Origin: Kiritimatiellia bacterium
Lineage (GTDB): Bacteria > Verrucomicrobiota > Kiritimatiellia > CAIKKV01 > CAITUY01
Assembly: GCA_044344495.1 (NCBI GenBank)
Contig: JBIJCW010000001.1
Coordinates: forward strand, 1-46,857
DNA: 46,857 nucleotides
Reading direction: 5' to 3'
Shown here: in pieces, positions 1 to 7,752 of the stretch
Layout: each line of letters starts with the position of its first letter
How positions within the stretch are numbered: position 1 is the first letter of the stretch
Notes under the pieces: generated by a model
Told to the model about the DNA's origin: nothing
Databases searched by the model: none
What the model saw: the letters and a program-made list of their open reading frames with translations, nothing else
Made by a program: the position numbers and the translations under genes

Positions 1-309
1 ATTCACCCCCTCCCCCCACGCCTTCGCCTTCAGCCCCGATCCCTCTACTACCACCTCAAACTTCGAGAACAACATCCGCCGCGCCGACATCTCGGATAAC
101 ACCGCCCCCAGCCAATCCGCCAGAAGCATCTCCACATCCGGCGCCGAACAGCAAATCTCAACCGCACAGACGGGCCGTACCAACCCCGGATCCACGATCA
201 CCGCCATCATGGCCAACGCCGCCTGCTCAAACGCCTCCGCCGGCGTGCCGCCCCTGCCGCGCACTCCTATGTCCGCCTGATGCTCAAAATGCTCCCAGCC
301 CTTTTCCAT
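1..309 (-). CDS. Archease (N-terminal part; the C-terminus runs off the window edge)
   Basis: The reverse complement from the ATG at 309..307 reads MEKGWEHFEHQADIGVRGRGGTPAEAFEQAALAMMAVIVD.... This matches the archease N-terminal signature (F-E-H-x-A-D-x-G-x-x-x-x-G, then EAF..AA.A). The frame is open to position 1. The ORF is not in the supplied track because it is truncated. Confidence 0.75.
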   Translation of the reverse strand, partial: MEKGWEHFEHQADIGVRGRGGTPAEAFEQAALAMMAVIVDPGLVRPVCAVEICCSAPDVEMLLADWLGAVLSEMSARRMLFSKFEVVVEGSGLKAKAWGEGVN

Positions 310-410
310 AATCCCGCCCGCGATGCTCCCATCGTACCACGTCGTATTGACACACCAAGACGATTCTGAAATACTCGCACTTTCAAAATTCAACCAAACC
401 ACAACCTCCC

Positions 411-908
411 ATGCAACTGACCGAAGAACAAAAAACCGCTGTAACCCAATGGGTCAAATCCGGCGCAGGCCTCTCCGAAGTCCAGAAACACCTTTCCGAC
501 GATTTCGGCCTGAAATTGACCTACATGGACGTGCGCTTCCTCCTGATCGACCTGGGTCTTGACCTGATCCCGCCCAAGGAAGAACGCAAGGCACCCGCCC
601 CCCAACCCCCACCCCTGCCCACCCAGAACCCCCTGGACGAAGACGCCGACGAGCTGCCTCCTCTCCATCCGGAACCCAACCTGGGCGCCGGCAACGTCAG
701 CGTGGAAATCGACCGCCTTATCCGGCCCGGTTCTATCGTCAGCGGCTCCGTGGTCTTCTCCGATGGCGCCAAGGCCAACTGGGCCATCGACCAGATGGGC
801 CGCCTCGCCCTGATGCCGGTCATCAAGGACTACCGGCCGAGTCCGGCCGATATCCAGGCCTTCCAAAAAACCATTCAGACCCAATTGCAGAAAATGGGGT
901 ACGGGTAA
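411..908 (+). CDS. Hypothetical protein (165 aa) with a Pro-rich linker between two small domains
   Basis: ORF from the track. Composition and codon bias resemble neighbouring genes, and a central PAPQPPPLP low-complexity linker is present. I recognise no family. Confidence 0.55.
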   Translation: MQLTEEQKTAVTQWVKSGAGLSEVQKHLSDDFGLKLTYMDVRFLLIDLGLDLIPPKEERKAPAPQPPPLPTQNPLDEDADELPPLHPEPNLGAGNVSVEIDRLIRPGSIVSGSVVFSDGAKANWAIDQMGRLALMPVIKDYRPSPADIQAFQKTIQTQLQKMGYG

Positions 909-994
909 TAGCCCCGCTCCTCCTTCCTTCGTGCCCCTTGTGGCCTTCGTGGTAACCCCTTCGCCCTAAACATCAGTCCAAACGGAGATTTGTC

Positions 995-2095
995 ATGTCA
1001 TTTGAAAGCGGCAGCGCCACGTTCCGGATGTTCTACCTTCCTCAACCCTTCCCCAAGGACTACATCGCCCGGTTTGCCCACCGAGCGGCGCCTCCCATCT
1101 CAACCCTCGGTAACACCCCCATCCACGGCTGGGTGACCGGACGGCATCTGCTCGACAACAAGATCACCAAGGAAACCGCACTCCATGCCGGCTACTTGCG
1201 CTTGGCCTTGATGACTGCGGAACGGAAAATTCCTGAATCCCTCCTGCGCGCCGAATGCCGCATGGAGGAACTGGTCCGCATGCAGGCCGAAAACCGCGCC
1301 GAGATCGACCGCCGCACCCGCAGCGAAATCCGCAAGGAAATCACCGAGCGCCTTCTCCCCACCATGCCCCCCCAACTCAAGGGCATGGCCATCGTCCACT
1401 TGCCCGAAAGCGACTTCCTCTACGCCGAAGCCGTCTCCGACAAGCAAATGGATGCACTGGAAGCCAACTTCCGCGAAGCCATGGGCTTCGGCCTGATCCC
1501 CGTCTCCCCCATCCATGCCGCCGCCCAGCGCCTGAAACGCGACATCCGCGACCTGGAACCCTCCAGTTTCTCGCCCGACTGCGAGGACGACACCGTGGAA
1601 AACAACCCCGGCCAGGACTTCCTGACCTGGCTCTGGTTTTATTCCGAGTGCCGCGGCGGCATCATGACCCTCAAGGACGGCAACACCTACGCCCTGATGA
1701 TCGAGGGGCCCCTGACCTTTGTTCTCGAGGGGCAGGGCGCCCACGAAACCGTCCTGCGGCGCGGTACGCCGGAACTCAGCGTCGAGGCCAAGATAGCACT
1801 GCTGGGCGGCAAAAAACTCCGCCGCGCCCGGTTGTTGCTCGCCAGGGGCCAGGAAACCTGGCACGTCACCCTCGATGCCGACCAGTTCTCCTTCCGCAGC
1901 CTGAAACTGCCCGAAGGCGAAAAACTTGAACCGATCAGCCGCTTCCAGGAACGCCTGACGTCCATCAATACCTTCACCAGTTCGTTCCTGGAAATCTATG
2001 ACCGGTTCCTGGCGGAACGCCTGGATGCCGCCACCTGGAAGAAGACCCGCGCCGAAATCCACCGCTGGGTCAGCGAACGCGCCGCCCGGAAATAG
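995..2095 (+). CDS. RdgC-like recombination-associated protein
   Basis: The ATG is preceded by GGAG. The pattern ..GWV.., AERKIPESLL....EI(R/K)KE....LLP, ...FGLIPVSP parallels E. coli RdgC (ARKEEKILP...KDEVLHSLLPRAF...LPVVPL). The length (366 aa) is somewhat longer than RdgC. Confidence 0.6.
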   Translation: MSFESGSATFRMFYLPQPFPKDYIARFAHRAAPPISTLGNTPIHGWVTGRHLLDNKITKETALHAGYLRLALMTAERKIPESLLRAECRMEELVRMQAENRAEIDRRTRSEIRKEITERLLPTMPPQLKGMAIVHLPESDFLYAEAVSDKQMDALEANFREAMGFGLIPVSPIHAAAQRLKRDIRDLEPSSFSPDCEDDTVENNPGQDFLTWLWFYSECRGGIMTLKDGNTYALMIEGPLTFVLEGQGAHETVLRRGTPELSVEAKIALLGGKKLRRARLLLARGQETWHVTLDADQFSFRSLKLPEGEKLEPISRFQERLTSINTFTSSFLEIYDRFLAERLDAATWKKTRAEIHRWVSERAARK

Positions 2096-2103
2096 TGCGA
2101 GAA

Positions 2104-2220
2104 GCACTATGCGCCGCGTTATATTCCCCGTGGGAGAGGCGCTATGCCGCGTTATACTCCCCGTGGGAGGGGCGCTATGCCGCGTTATATTCCCCGTGGG
2201 AGGGGCGCTATGCGCCGCGA
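2104..2220. repeat. Tandem repeat, ~33-bp unit, 3.5 copies (GCGCTATGCCGCGTTATATTCCCCGTGGGAGGG)
   Basis: Read directly. The copies are at 2104-2138 (35 nt, 2-nt insertion), 2139-2171 and 2172-2204, with a partial copy at 2205-2220. The repeat sits in the convergent gap between the RdgC-like gene and the AI-2E transporter. Confidence 0.9.
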
Positions 2221-2274
2221 CAATCTATCCTCAACGCCCACTGATCCCCCATCGCGGCACGTAACATCCTTCCC

Positions 2275-3396
2275 TCACAATTCACCATTCACATCCCCCG
2301 CTTCCCCCTCCACCTCATCCTTGCTCTTGGAATGCTTGCTGATCGAGGTGAATTCCCGCGCCAGCGAATACCCCACCGCCAGCAGCACCGGCCCCAGAAA
2401 TAGTCCGATAAAACCGAACGTCATCATCCCGCCAATCACACCCAGCAGCACAACCACAAACGGCAACTTCGACCCCCGGCTGATCAAATACGGCCGGATA
2501 ACGTTATCAATGCCGCTGATGGCAAAGAAACCCCACCCCGCCAGAAAAACACCCCACCCCACCCTGTCCACGCCAAAAAGCCACAACGTGGCCGGCACCC
2601 ACACGCACGGAGGCCCGCCGGGAATCAACGCCATCAGAAACGTCAACAACCCCCAGAGAAACGGGGAAGGCACTCCGGCCAGCCAGAATCCAAAGGCCGC
2701 CATAATCGCCTGCGCCAGCGCCGTGCCGATGATACCGTACACAACACTGCGCACCGTACTGCCCGCCACCTCGATCAGCCGTAACGACACATCCCCGGCA
2801 ATCCGATGCGCTCCCGCCGCCAACCGGTCCGCCACTCGCTCCCCATCCCGATAGAACACAAACACAATCACCACGCTCAACGTCAGTTGCAGAATGCCTT
2901 TCCCAAAATCAAGACTATGCGCCAATAACCATTTCCCCGCATTCATTCCGGCCGTTCGCATCGCCTCCGAGACCCACCCGGCGTTTTGCACAAACTGCGG
3001 CCAGGCCTTCTCCGCCGCAACCCCCACCCAAGGCAACTCACTGACCCAATCGGGCGGACTCACCGGAAACCCGCCCTGCAGGAACTTGAACAATCCCTCA
3101 AGACGGGAAACATTCTCTGCCAGCGTTACCCCCGCCACCACAAAGGGCAAAACCATGACCAGGGCAATCAGCGTCGTCATCACCAGGGCGGCATAGGTTC
3201 GCCGCCCACCCATCCAGCCGTCCAGCCGAAGCAATACCGGCCACGTCGTGTACGTCAGCACCGCCGCCCATAAAATAGCGGACACAAACGGCCGCAACAC
3301 CGCCAGGCATCCCACCGACAACAACGCCACGGCAACAACCGCCGCCACCGTTTCAATTCTGCTTGTCATCTTAAGCATGCCCTTCTCCTCTGCCAT
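2275..3396 (-). CDS. AI-2E family transporter (PerM/UPF0118)
   Basis: A multi-TM protein with the typical C-terminal half of the family: ...ALIPGGPP..., GIDNVIRPYLISRG.KLP, ...GGMMTFGFIGLFLGPVLLAV. Confidence 0.85.
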   Translation of the reverse strand: MAEEKGMLKMTSRIETVAAVVAVALLSVGCLAVLRPFVSAILWAAVLTYTTWPVLLRLDGWMGGRRTYAALVMTTLIALVMVLPFVVAGVTLAENVSRLEGLFKFLQGGFPVSPPDWVSELPWVGVAAEKAWPQFVQNAGWVSEAMRTAGMNAGKWLLAHSLDFGKGILQLTLSVVIVFVFYRDGERVADRLAAGAHRIAGDVSLRLIEVAGSTVRSVVYGIIGTALAQAIMAAFGFWLAGVPSPFLWGLLTFLMALIPGGPPCVWVPATLWLFGVDRVGWGVFLAGWGFFAISGIDNVIRPYLISRGSKLPFVVVLLGVIGGMMTFGFIGLFLGPVLLAVGYSLAREFTSISKHSKSKDEVEGEAGDVNGEL

Positions 3397-3563
3397 ATGC
3401 CCCCAAGCTTAGTGCCCGCCTAAAATACCGTCAACAAAATGTAATGACACCCTTGCACCAGGCGCATCTCCGGGTTTTGGCGACATGACATCAGCCACCC
3501 ACCGGGCTTGCCCCGGTGCAGGCAAACGTTGAACGCCCGTGACGGACCTGCCCATCATCCCAA

Positions 3564-3602
3564 CTTTCTTCACCCGCAGCACAAAACCGCGGGTGAAGAA
3601 AG
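3564..3602. repeat. Perfect 14-bp inverted repeat (hairpin) with an 11-nt loop
   Basis: CTTTCTTCACCCGC (3564-3577) pairs with GCGGGTGAAGAAAG (3589-3602). It lies in the divergent intergenic region about 90 nt upstream of the FmdB-like gene. No T-run follows on either strand. Confidence 0.85.
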
Positions 3603-3691
3603 CTGAGGGCACCAAAGCCACGGATGCTTTGCCTCTTTTCCTCTCACCCTCCTGGTGCTATCCTGCCGGTGACAGTCGAGGAAAACGAACC

Positions 3692-4201
3692 ATGCCAATC
3701 TACGAATTCTATTGCCGGAAATGCAACACCCTCTACAACTTCCTTTCGCGAAAACTCCAGCCGGATAAGCGCCCCAAGTGTCCCCACTGCAAGACCATTA
3801 CCCTGGAGAAACAACTCTCCCTCTTCGCCCATACCGGACGAGCCAAGGAGGACTCCTCCGCCACCACCGAACCCGACCTCCCCATGGACGAATCCAAAAT
3901 GGAAAGGGCCATGGATGCCCTCGCCCGTGAAGCCGATAGCCTCAGCGAAGAGGATCCGCGCCAGGCTGCCGACCTCATGCGGAAATTCTCCAAAATGACC
4001 GGCATGGAACTCGGATCCGGCATGCAGGAAGCCCTCAACCGCCTCGAGGCTGGCGAAAACCCCGACCAGATCGAAGCCGAACTCGGCGACCGCCTGGAAA
4101 AGGAAGATCCCTTTATCCTTCCCGAAAAGGAAAAGAAGGGCAAAACCAAGGGACAAATCCGCCCCGCCCCGCGTCGCGACAAAACCCTCCACGAAATGTA
4201 A
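3692..4201 (+). CDS. FmdB-family zinc-ribbon protein (CxxC...CxxC)
   Basis: MPIYEFYCRKCNTLYNFL....CPHCK is the canonical FmdB/CxxC_CxxC_SSSS N-terminus. The ATG at 3692 is preceded by GAGGA, so the longer track ORF (from 3539) is probably an upstream extension. Confidence 0.8.
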   Translation: MPIYEFYCRKCNTLYNFLSRKLQPDKRPKCPHCKTITLEKQLSLFAHTGRAKEDSSATTEPDLPMDESKMERAMDALAREADSLSEEDPRQAADLMRKFSKMTGMELGSGMQEALNRLEAGENPDQIEAELGDRLEKEDPFILPEKEKKGKTKGQIRPAPRRDKTLHEM

Positions 4202-4239
4202 ATCATTGTAGCACCGATCTGTGATCGGACTCATACACC

Positions 4240-5310
4240 ATGACACCCCCAGCCTCCCGAAAAACCACTGTCCCGCGCACCAACAACATCAATGTCGTGG
4301 CGCTCGATCCATTGGTGACGCCCCGCACCCTTTCGAAAAGCCTCCCCGCCTCGCCCGCCGCCTTGCGGACCGTCGTCAGGACCCGTCAGGCCATCGGCCG
4401 CATCCTCGCCGGAAAAGACCCGCGCCTCCTCGTCGTCGTCGGCCCCTGCTCCATCCACGATCCCTCCGCCGCCCTCGACTACGCCACCCGCCTGCGCGCA
4501 CTCGCCCGCGAATTGCAGGATGATCTCCTGATCCTCATGCGCACCTATTTTGAAAAGCCGCGGACCACCACCGGCTGGAAGGGCCTCATCTACGATCCGC
4601 ACATGAACGGATCTTCCGATATCGCCCTCGGCTTGAAAACCGCCCGCGAACTGCTTCTTGAAATCAACGACATGGGGCTCCCCGCCGGCACCGAAATGCT
4701 CGACCCCATCGTGCCCCAGTACATCGCCGATCTCATTTCGTGGGTCGCCATCGGCGCCCGTACCACCGAGTCCCAGACCCACCGCCAGATGGCCAGCGGC
4801 CTCTCCATGCCCGTGGGCTTCAAAAACCGCACCGACGGCAATGTGCAGGTCGCCGTCGACGCCATGATCGCCGCCCGCAACCCCCACAGCTTCCTCGGCA
4901 TTGATGACGATGGCCGCATCGCCACCGTCCGTACCGCCGGGAACCCGCTCGGTCACCTGATCCTGCGCGGCGCCCGCAGCGGCCCCAACTACGACGCCGC
5001 CAGTATCGCCGCCGCCTGCCAACGCATGACCGATGGCGGCCTGCAATCCGCCATCATGGTGGATTGCAGTCACGGTAACGCCGGAAAACGCCACGAGATG
5101 GAGGAAACCGTCTGGACCGCGGTCCTGCGCCAACGGCGCCGCGGCAACAAGGCCATCATGGGCATGCTCGTGGAAAGCAATCTGGAAGCAGGCAACCAAC
5201 CCCTGTCCGCCGACCTGACCCGCCTGCGTTACGGCGTCTCCGTCACCGACGCCTGCGTGGATTGGCCCACCACCGAACGCATGCTGCGCGCCGCCGCCCG
5301 CCAAAGATGA
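4240..5310 (+). CDS. aroG: 3-deoxy-7-phosphoheptulonate (DAHP) synthase, class I (AroF/G/H type)
   Basis: The motifs LLVVVGPCSIHD, RTYFEKPRTTTGWKGLI.DP, ATE.LDP..PQY..DL.SW.AIGARTTESQ.HR...SGLS.PVGFKN and MVDCSHGN are all class I-alpha DAHPS hallmarks. The isozyme cannot be assigned. Confidence 0.92.
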   Translation: MTPPASRKTTVPRTNNINVVALDPLVTPRTLSKSLPASPAALRTVVRTRQAIGRILAGKDPRLLVVVGPCSIHDPSAALDYATRLRALARELQDDLLILMRTYFEKPRTTTGWKGLIYDPHMNGSSDIALGLKTARELLLEINDMGLPAGTEMLDPIVPQYIADLISWVAIGARTTESQTHRQMASGLSMPVGFKNRTDGNVQVAVDAMIAARNPHSFLGIDDDGRIATVRTAGNPLGHLILRGARSGPNYDAASIAAACQRMTDGGLQSAIMVDCSHGNAGKRHEMEETVWTAVLRQRRRGNKAIMGMLVESNLEAGNQPLSADLTRLRYGVSVTDACVDWPTTERMLRAAARQR

Positions 5311-5367
5311 TCGCCCACGTCAGCTGTAACGCCTGATTTCATTCCGGCATATCAAATCGAGGAACTT

Positions 5368-5487
5368 ATGGGACAAGCCAACAAGAACGTCAGACATTGC
5401 CCCGTGTTGAACAACGCCATAGCCGCTCTCAAGGAAGCGCCGGAGATCGTGGACCAAGCCCGGAGACTGCTGGGAGGGAATCCATGA
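5368..5487 (+). CDS. Possible small ORF (39 aa), translationally coupled to the next ORF
   Basis: The ATG at 5368 is preceded by GAGGA. The product reads MGQANKNVRHCPVLNNAIAALKEAPEIVDQARRLLGGNP. The stop overlaps the next start as ATGA (5484-5487). The ORF is below the track's length cutoff and I recognise no family. Confidence 0.25.
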   Translation: MGQANKNVRHCPVLNNAIAALKEAPEIVDQARRLLGGNP

Positions 5488-5720
5488 ACCACCCCACGCG
5501 TGAACAAGAACGCCTCATCGTCAAACAATGGGTCGCGGCGGGTCCGGCGCTCAAGCGGCAACGCGACGAGGAACTCCGCTCACGGCCTTATGATTGGATG
5601 GCGGTTGACGCCCTACTTGACATGGGCGCCCGGTTCGGACGTCCCCGCTTCGCCGAAGGCCTGGTGGAAATGCAACGCCTCTTCCGCCGCACGGCATCCG
5701 GCACGTCCTCTGACGCCTGA
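5484..5720 (+). CDS. Hypothetical protein (78 aa)
   Basis: The ATG at 5484 is preceded by GGGAGGG, and the frame matches the track ORF 5397..5720. I recognise no family. Confidence 0.4.
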   Translation: MNHPTREQERLIVKQWVAAGPALKRQRDEELRSRPYDWMAVDALLDMGARFGRPRFAEGLVEMQRLFRRTASGTSSDA

Positions 5721-6298
5721 GGTCTTTACACAGCCCTATTCTTCAGTCCAAGCACCCTGGTTCATCAATTAGCACTCTTGCGGCCACTGACTGTTGACGG
5801 CCTTCCAGTCCCGTCGGGAAAAGTGATTTTATTGACAAGCAAGTCATCATTTGAGTGTTTCCCACCCTCCATTCGCTACTGCCTTATACGGTGCCCCGCA
5901 CTTGCGGTCCACAGAATAGGCGACACAGAATAGACGATGAATCCTAGGACGGTGAATCCCGCTGCGGGGGTTGACGCCTCGTATTTCGCAACGAAGCCGT
6001 TTTGGTGCGCAGCGGATGGACGACGCTCTCAACCTGCGGGCATCAGGCAACTGGGCAGGGGAAATCTTTTCGCCTGTCGCATCGAAACCGGAGAACGCCG
6101 ACTCGACGTGATCGAATTCCACTGGGTCTGCCAAGCCCTCGGACAAGATACCCCAACCATCTATCGACACCTCATCCGCTCACTCTGCTCGCCAACCGAT
6201 CCATCCACAACCGCCCCCCTTCCCAAGGCGGCCGAATCCGGCGTGACCCGCACTTGCGGGATTGAGAATAAGAGTGGTCGCTGTAACTGCAGAATACC

Positions 6299-6685
6299 TT
6301 ACACCAGCATGATGCCAGGACTGTAGGAGGCAACAACCTTGTCCCTCGTAATCAGGCGCATGGGTTCGTTCAACGCCTGCGCCACGAGAAGGCGATCGAA
6401 GGGATCGGCATGGATGGCCGGCAGTGTCTCAACCCAGACCGCATGGGCGGCAGAAATGCTGAGTTCCTCATAACCGGCCTCACGAAAGAACTTCACGGAC
6501 TCCTCTGCCGAGACAGGCATATCCACTCGTCTCAAGCTTCGCTTGATGGCAATTTCCCAAATGGTCGCCACACTGAAGAACACTTCGTTATGCGGGTCCA
6601 GGAGCAGTTCCCGCACACAGGTCGGCAGGCGGGGATCATCGGTAACCGCCCAAAGAAGAATATGAGTGTCAAGAAGCAGGCGCAT
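6299..6685 (-). CDS. vapC: Type II toxin VapC (PIN-domain ribonuclease)
   Basis: The sequence reads MRLLLDTHILLW...SVATIWEIAIK...HADPFDRLLVAQA. PIN acidic residues are in the canonical positions. The start was chosen at the conserved M-x-LLD. Confidence 0.85.
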   Translation of the reverse strand: MRLLLDTHILLWAVTDDPRLPTCVRELLLDPHNEVFFSVATIWEIAIKRSLRRVDMPVSAEESVKFFREAGYEELSISAAHAVWVETLPAIHADPFDRLLVAQALNEPMRLITRDKVVASYSPGIMLV

Positions 6686-6935
6686 AGGACGTCTTTCCCT
6701 CAGCGGCAAAAAGCCTGGAAATCTCCGGATTGGCGGCGTCAAGGTCGTCCGGCACCGTAAATCGCCCCTTGGCTACCCCAATACGCCGCGCCACCTCCAT
6801 GGGACGGACAGCCTCCATCCTGACAACAGGTTTCCCATGCCGGGAGATAACAATCTCTGACTCCTGGCCACTCAATAATTCCCCTACAAGTCGAGATAAA
6901 TGGGTCTTTGCATCAAATAGACTCACCGTGTGCAT
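6669..6935 (-). CDS. Phd/YefM-type antitoxin partnered with VapC
   Basis: The sequence MHTVSLFDAKTHLSRLV......IVISRHGKPV is typical of the family. The ATG at 6935 lies 5 nt after AGAGG. The 3' end overlaps the vapC start by 17 nt. Confidence 0.8.
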   Translation of the reverse strand: MHTVSLFDAKTHLSRLVGELLSGQESEIVISRHGKPVVRMEAVRPMEVARRIGVAKGRFTVPDDLDAANPEISRLFAAEGKTSYAPAS

Positions 6936-7105
6936 GATCACCTCTTGTTTGATCTGGTTAAACTAGGCTGTTTTTACTGCAAATGCAAGCAAATGGATTT
7001 GGCCATGAAAATCGACAGGGAACACTTCACCCTCCCCCCATAACAGAGGAATCATGGGCGCGCACCGTAACCCCCACTACACGCAGGTGAACGGTGCCAC
7101 CACCC

Positions 7106-7134
7106 TTGACATCACATGATAAATCCGTCACAAT
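7106..7134 (+). promoter_or_regulatory. Candidate sigma70-type promoter for the Phd-RelE operon
   Basis: TTGACA (7106-7111), a 17-nt spacer, then CACAAT (7129-7134). The spacer contains a direct TCACA...TCACA repeat that could be an operator. This is pattern-based only. Confidence 0.3.
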
Positions 7135-7168
7135 GGTGCTGAATCAAGTACTCAAAGAGGTGCCGAAT

Positions 7169-7423
7169 ATGACAATGATAGCAGTACAGGAAATCAAACG
7201 ACGCGGAATCTGCGCCGTGGACAAAGCCTTGGAAAACGGCCCGGTACATCTGATCAAAAGCAATCACCCGGCCTACGTCATCATGTCCGAACAAGACTAC
7301 CAGGAAATGTTAACTGATTTGGCGGAGGCACGCCTGGCGGCGTCCGAGGATGACTTGGCCTCGGGTCGCATTCGGCGCGGCAGTTCCGCCACATTGATGG
7401 CGGAATTACGTTCCGCCACTTGA
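7169..7423 (+). CDS. Phd/YefM-like antitoxin
   Basis: The sequence reads MTMIAVQEIKRRG...GPVHLIKSNHPAYVIMSEQDYQEM. AGAGG lies 8 nt upstream of the ATG at 7169. The gene sits immediately upstream of a RelE-family toxin. Confidence 0.75.
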   Translation: MTMIAVQEIKRRGICAVDKALENGPVHLIKSNHPAYVIMSEQDYQEMLTDLAEARLAASEDDLASGRIRRGSSATLMAELRSAT

Positions 7424-7435
7424 TGGAGACCGAAT

Positions 7436-7726
7436 TTGAGTACCCCTGATTTCACCCTGGTCTGGACGGACAGTTTTTCAAGAACAGCCCGCAAATTCCT
7501 GCGGCGCCACCCGGAACTCGTCGGCCTTTTTGAAGACATCTTGAAGCAACTTGAGGACAACCCCCATGCCACCCGACTGCGGATGCACCCATTGAAAGGC
7601 CGCCATAAGGACAAGCACGCCGTCAGCCTAACCTACGCTTACCGCATCGTCCTCATCCTCACCCTGACTGACCGCGAAATCACCCTTCTCGACATTGGTT
7701 CACACGACGAAGTTTACAGGGACTGA
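7436..7726 (+). CDS. relE: RelE/ParE-superfamily toxin (RelE/StbE-like mRNA interferase)
   Basis: The sequence contains ...F..L..NP......HPLKG......AVSLTYAYRIV........I.LLDIGSHDEVYR, the classic C-terminal signature. The start is TTG, preceded by GGAGA. Confidence 0.8.
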   Translation: MSTPDFTLVWTDSFSRTARKFLRRHPELVGLFEDILKQLEDNPHATRLRMHPLKGRHKDKHAVSLTYAYRIVLILTLTDREITLLDIGSHDEVYRD

Positions 7727-7752
7727 TGGTGCACCCTCACCATTCACTAATG

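Noticed and set aside
1100-2107. A long antisense ORF (335 aa) opposite the RdgC-like gene. Analogous shadow ORFs occur at 4231..5304(-), 13614..14915(+), 17299..18117(-), 22659..23687(-), 23519..24529(-), 28229..29761(-), 29909..30559(-) and 36152..36844(-).
   Set aside because: Each lies entirely opposite a gene with strong family motifs. Each has Gly/Ala/Arg/Pro/Asp-rich low-complexity composition and no recognisable motifs. Long stop-free antisense frames are expected in high-G+C DNA.
2104-2220. Considered whether the 33-bp repeats form a mini CRISPR array.
   Set aside because: The units are directly adjacent with no unique spacers between them, no cas genes are nearby, and the copies carry indels. 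It is a plain tandem repeat.
3539-3691. N-terminal extensions given by the ORF track. Examples are 3539 for the FmdB-like gene, 20539 for uvrB, 19487 for nadA, 36138 for purD, 37503 for purE, 41813 for the cNMP-binding gene, 42295 for nth and 32286 for rfbA.
   Set aside because: In each case a downstream start matches the conserved family N-terminus and usually has a GGAG-type RBS. The upstream extension overlaps the neighbouring gene or intergenic repeats.
5847-6170. The 107-aa minus-strand ORF as an intact CDS.
   Set aside because: It has no SD, and the second half is an Arg-rich tail untypical of real proteins. It is reported only as a possible gene remnant in the findings.
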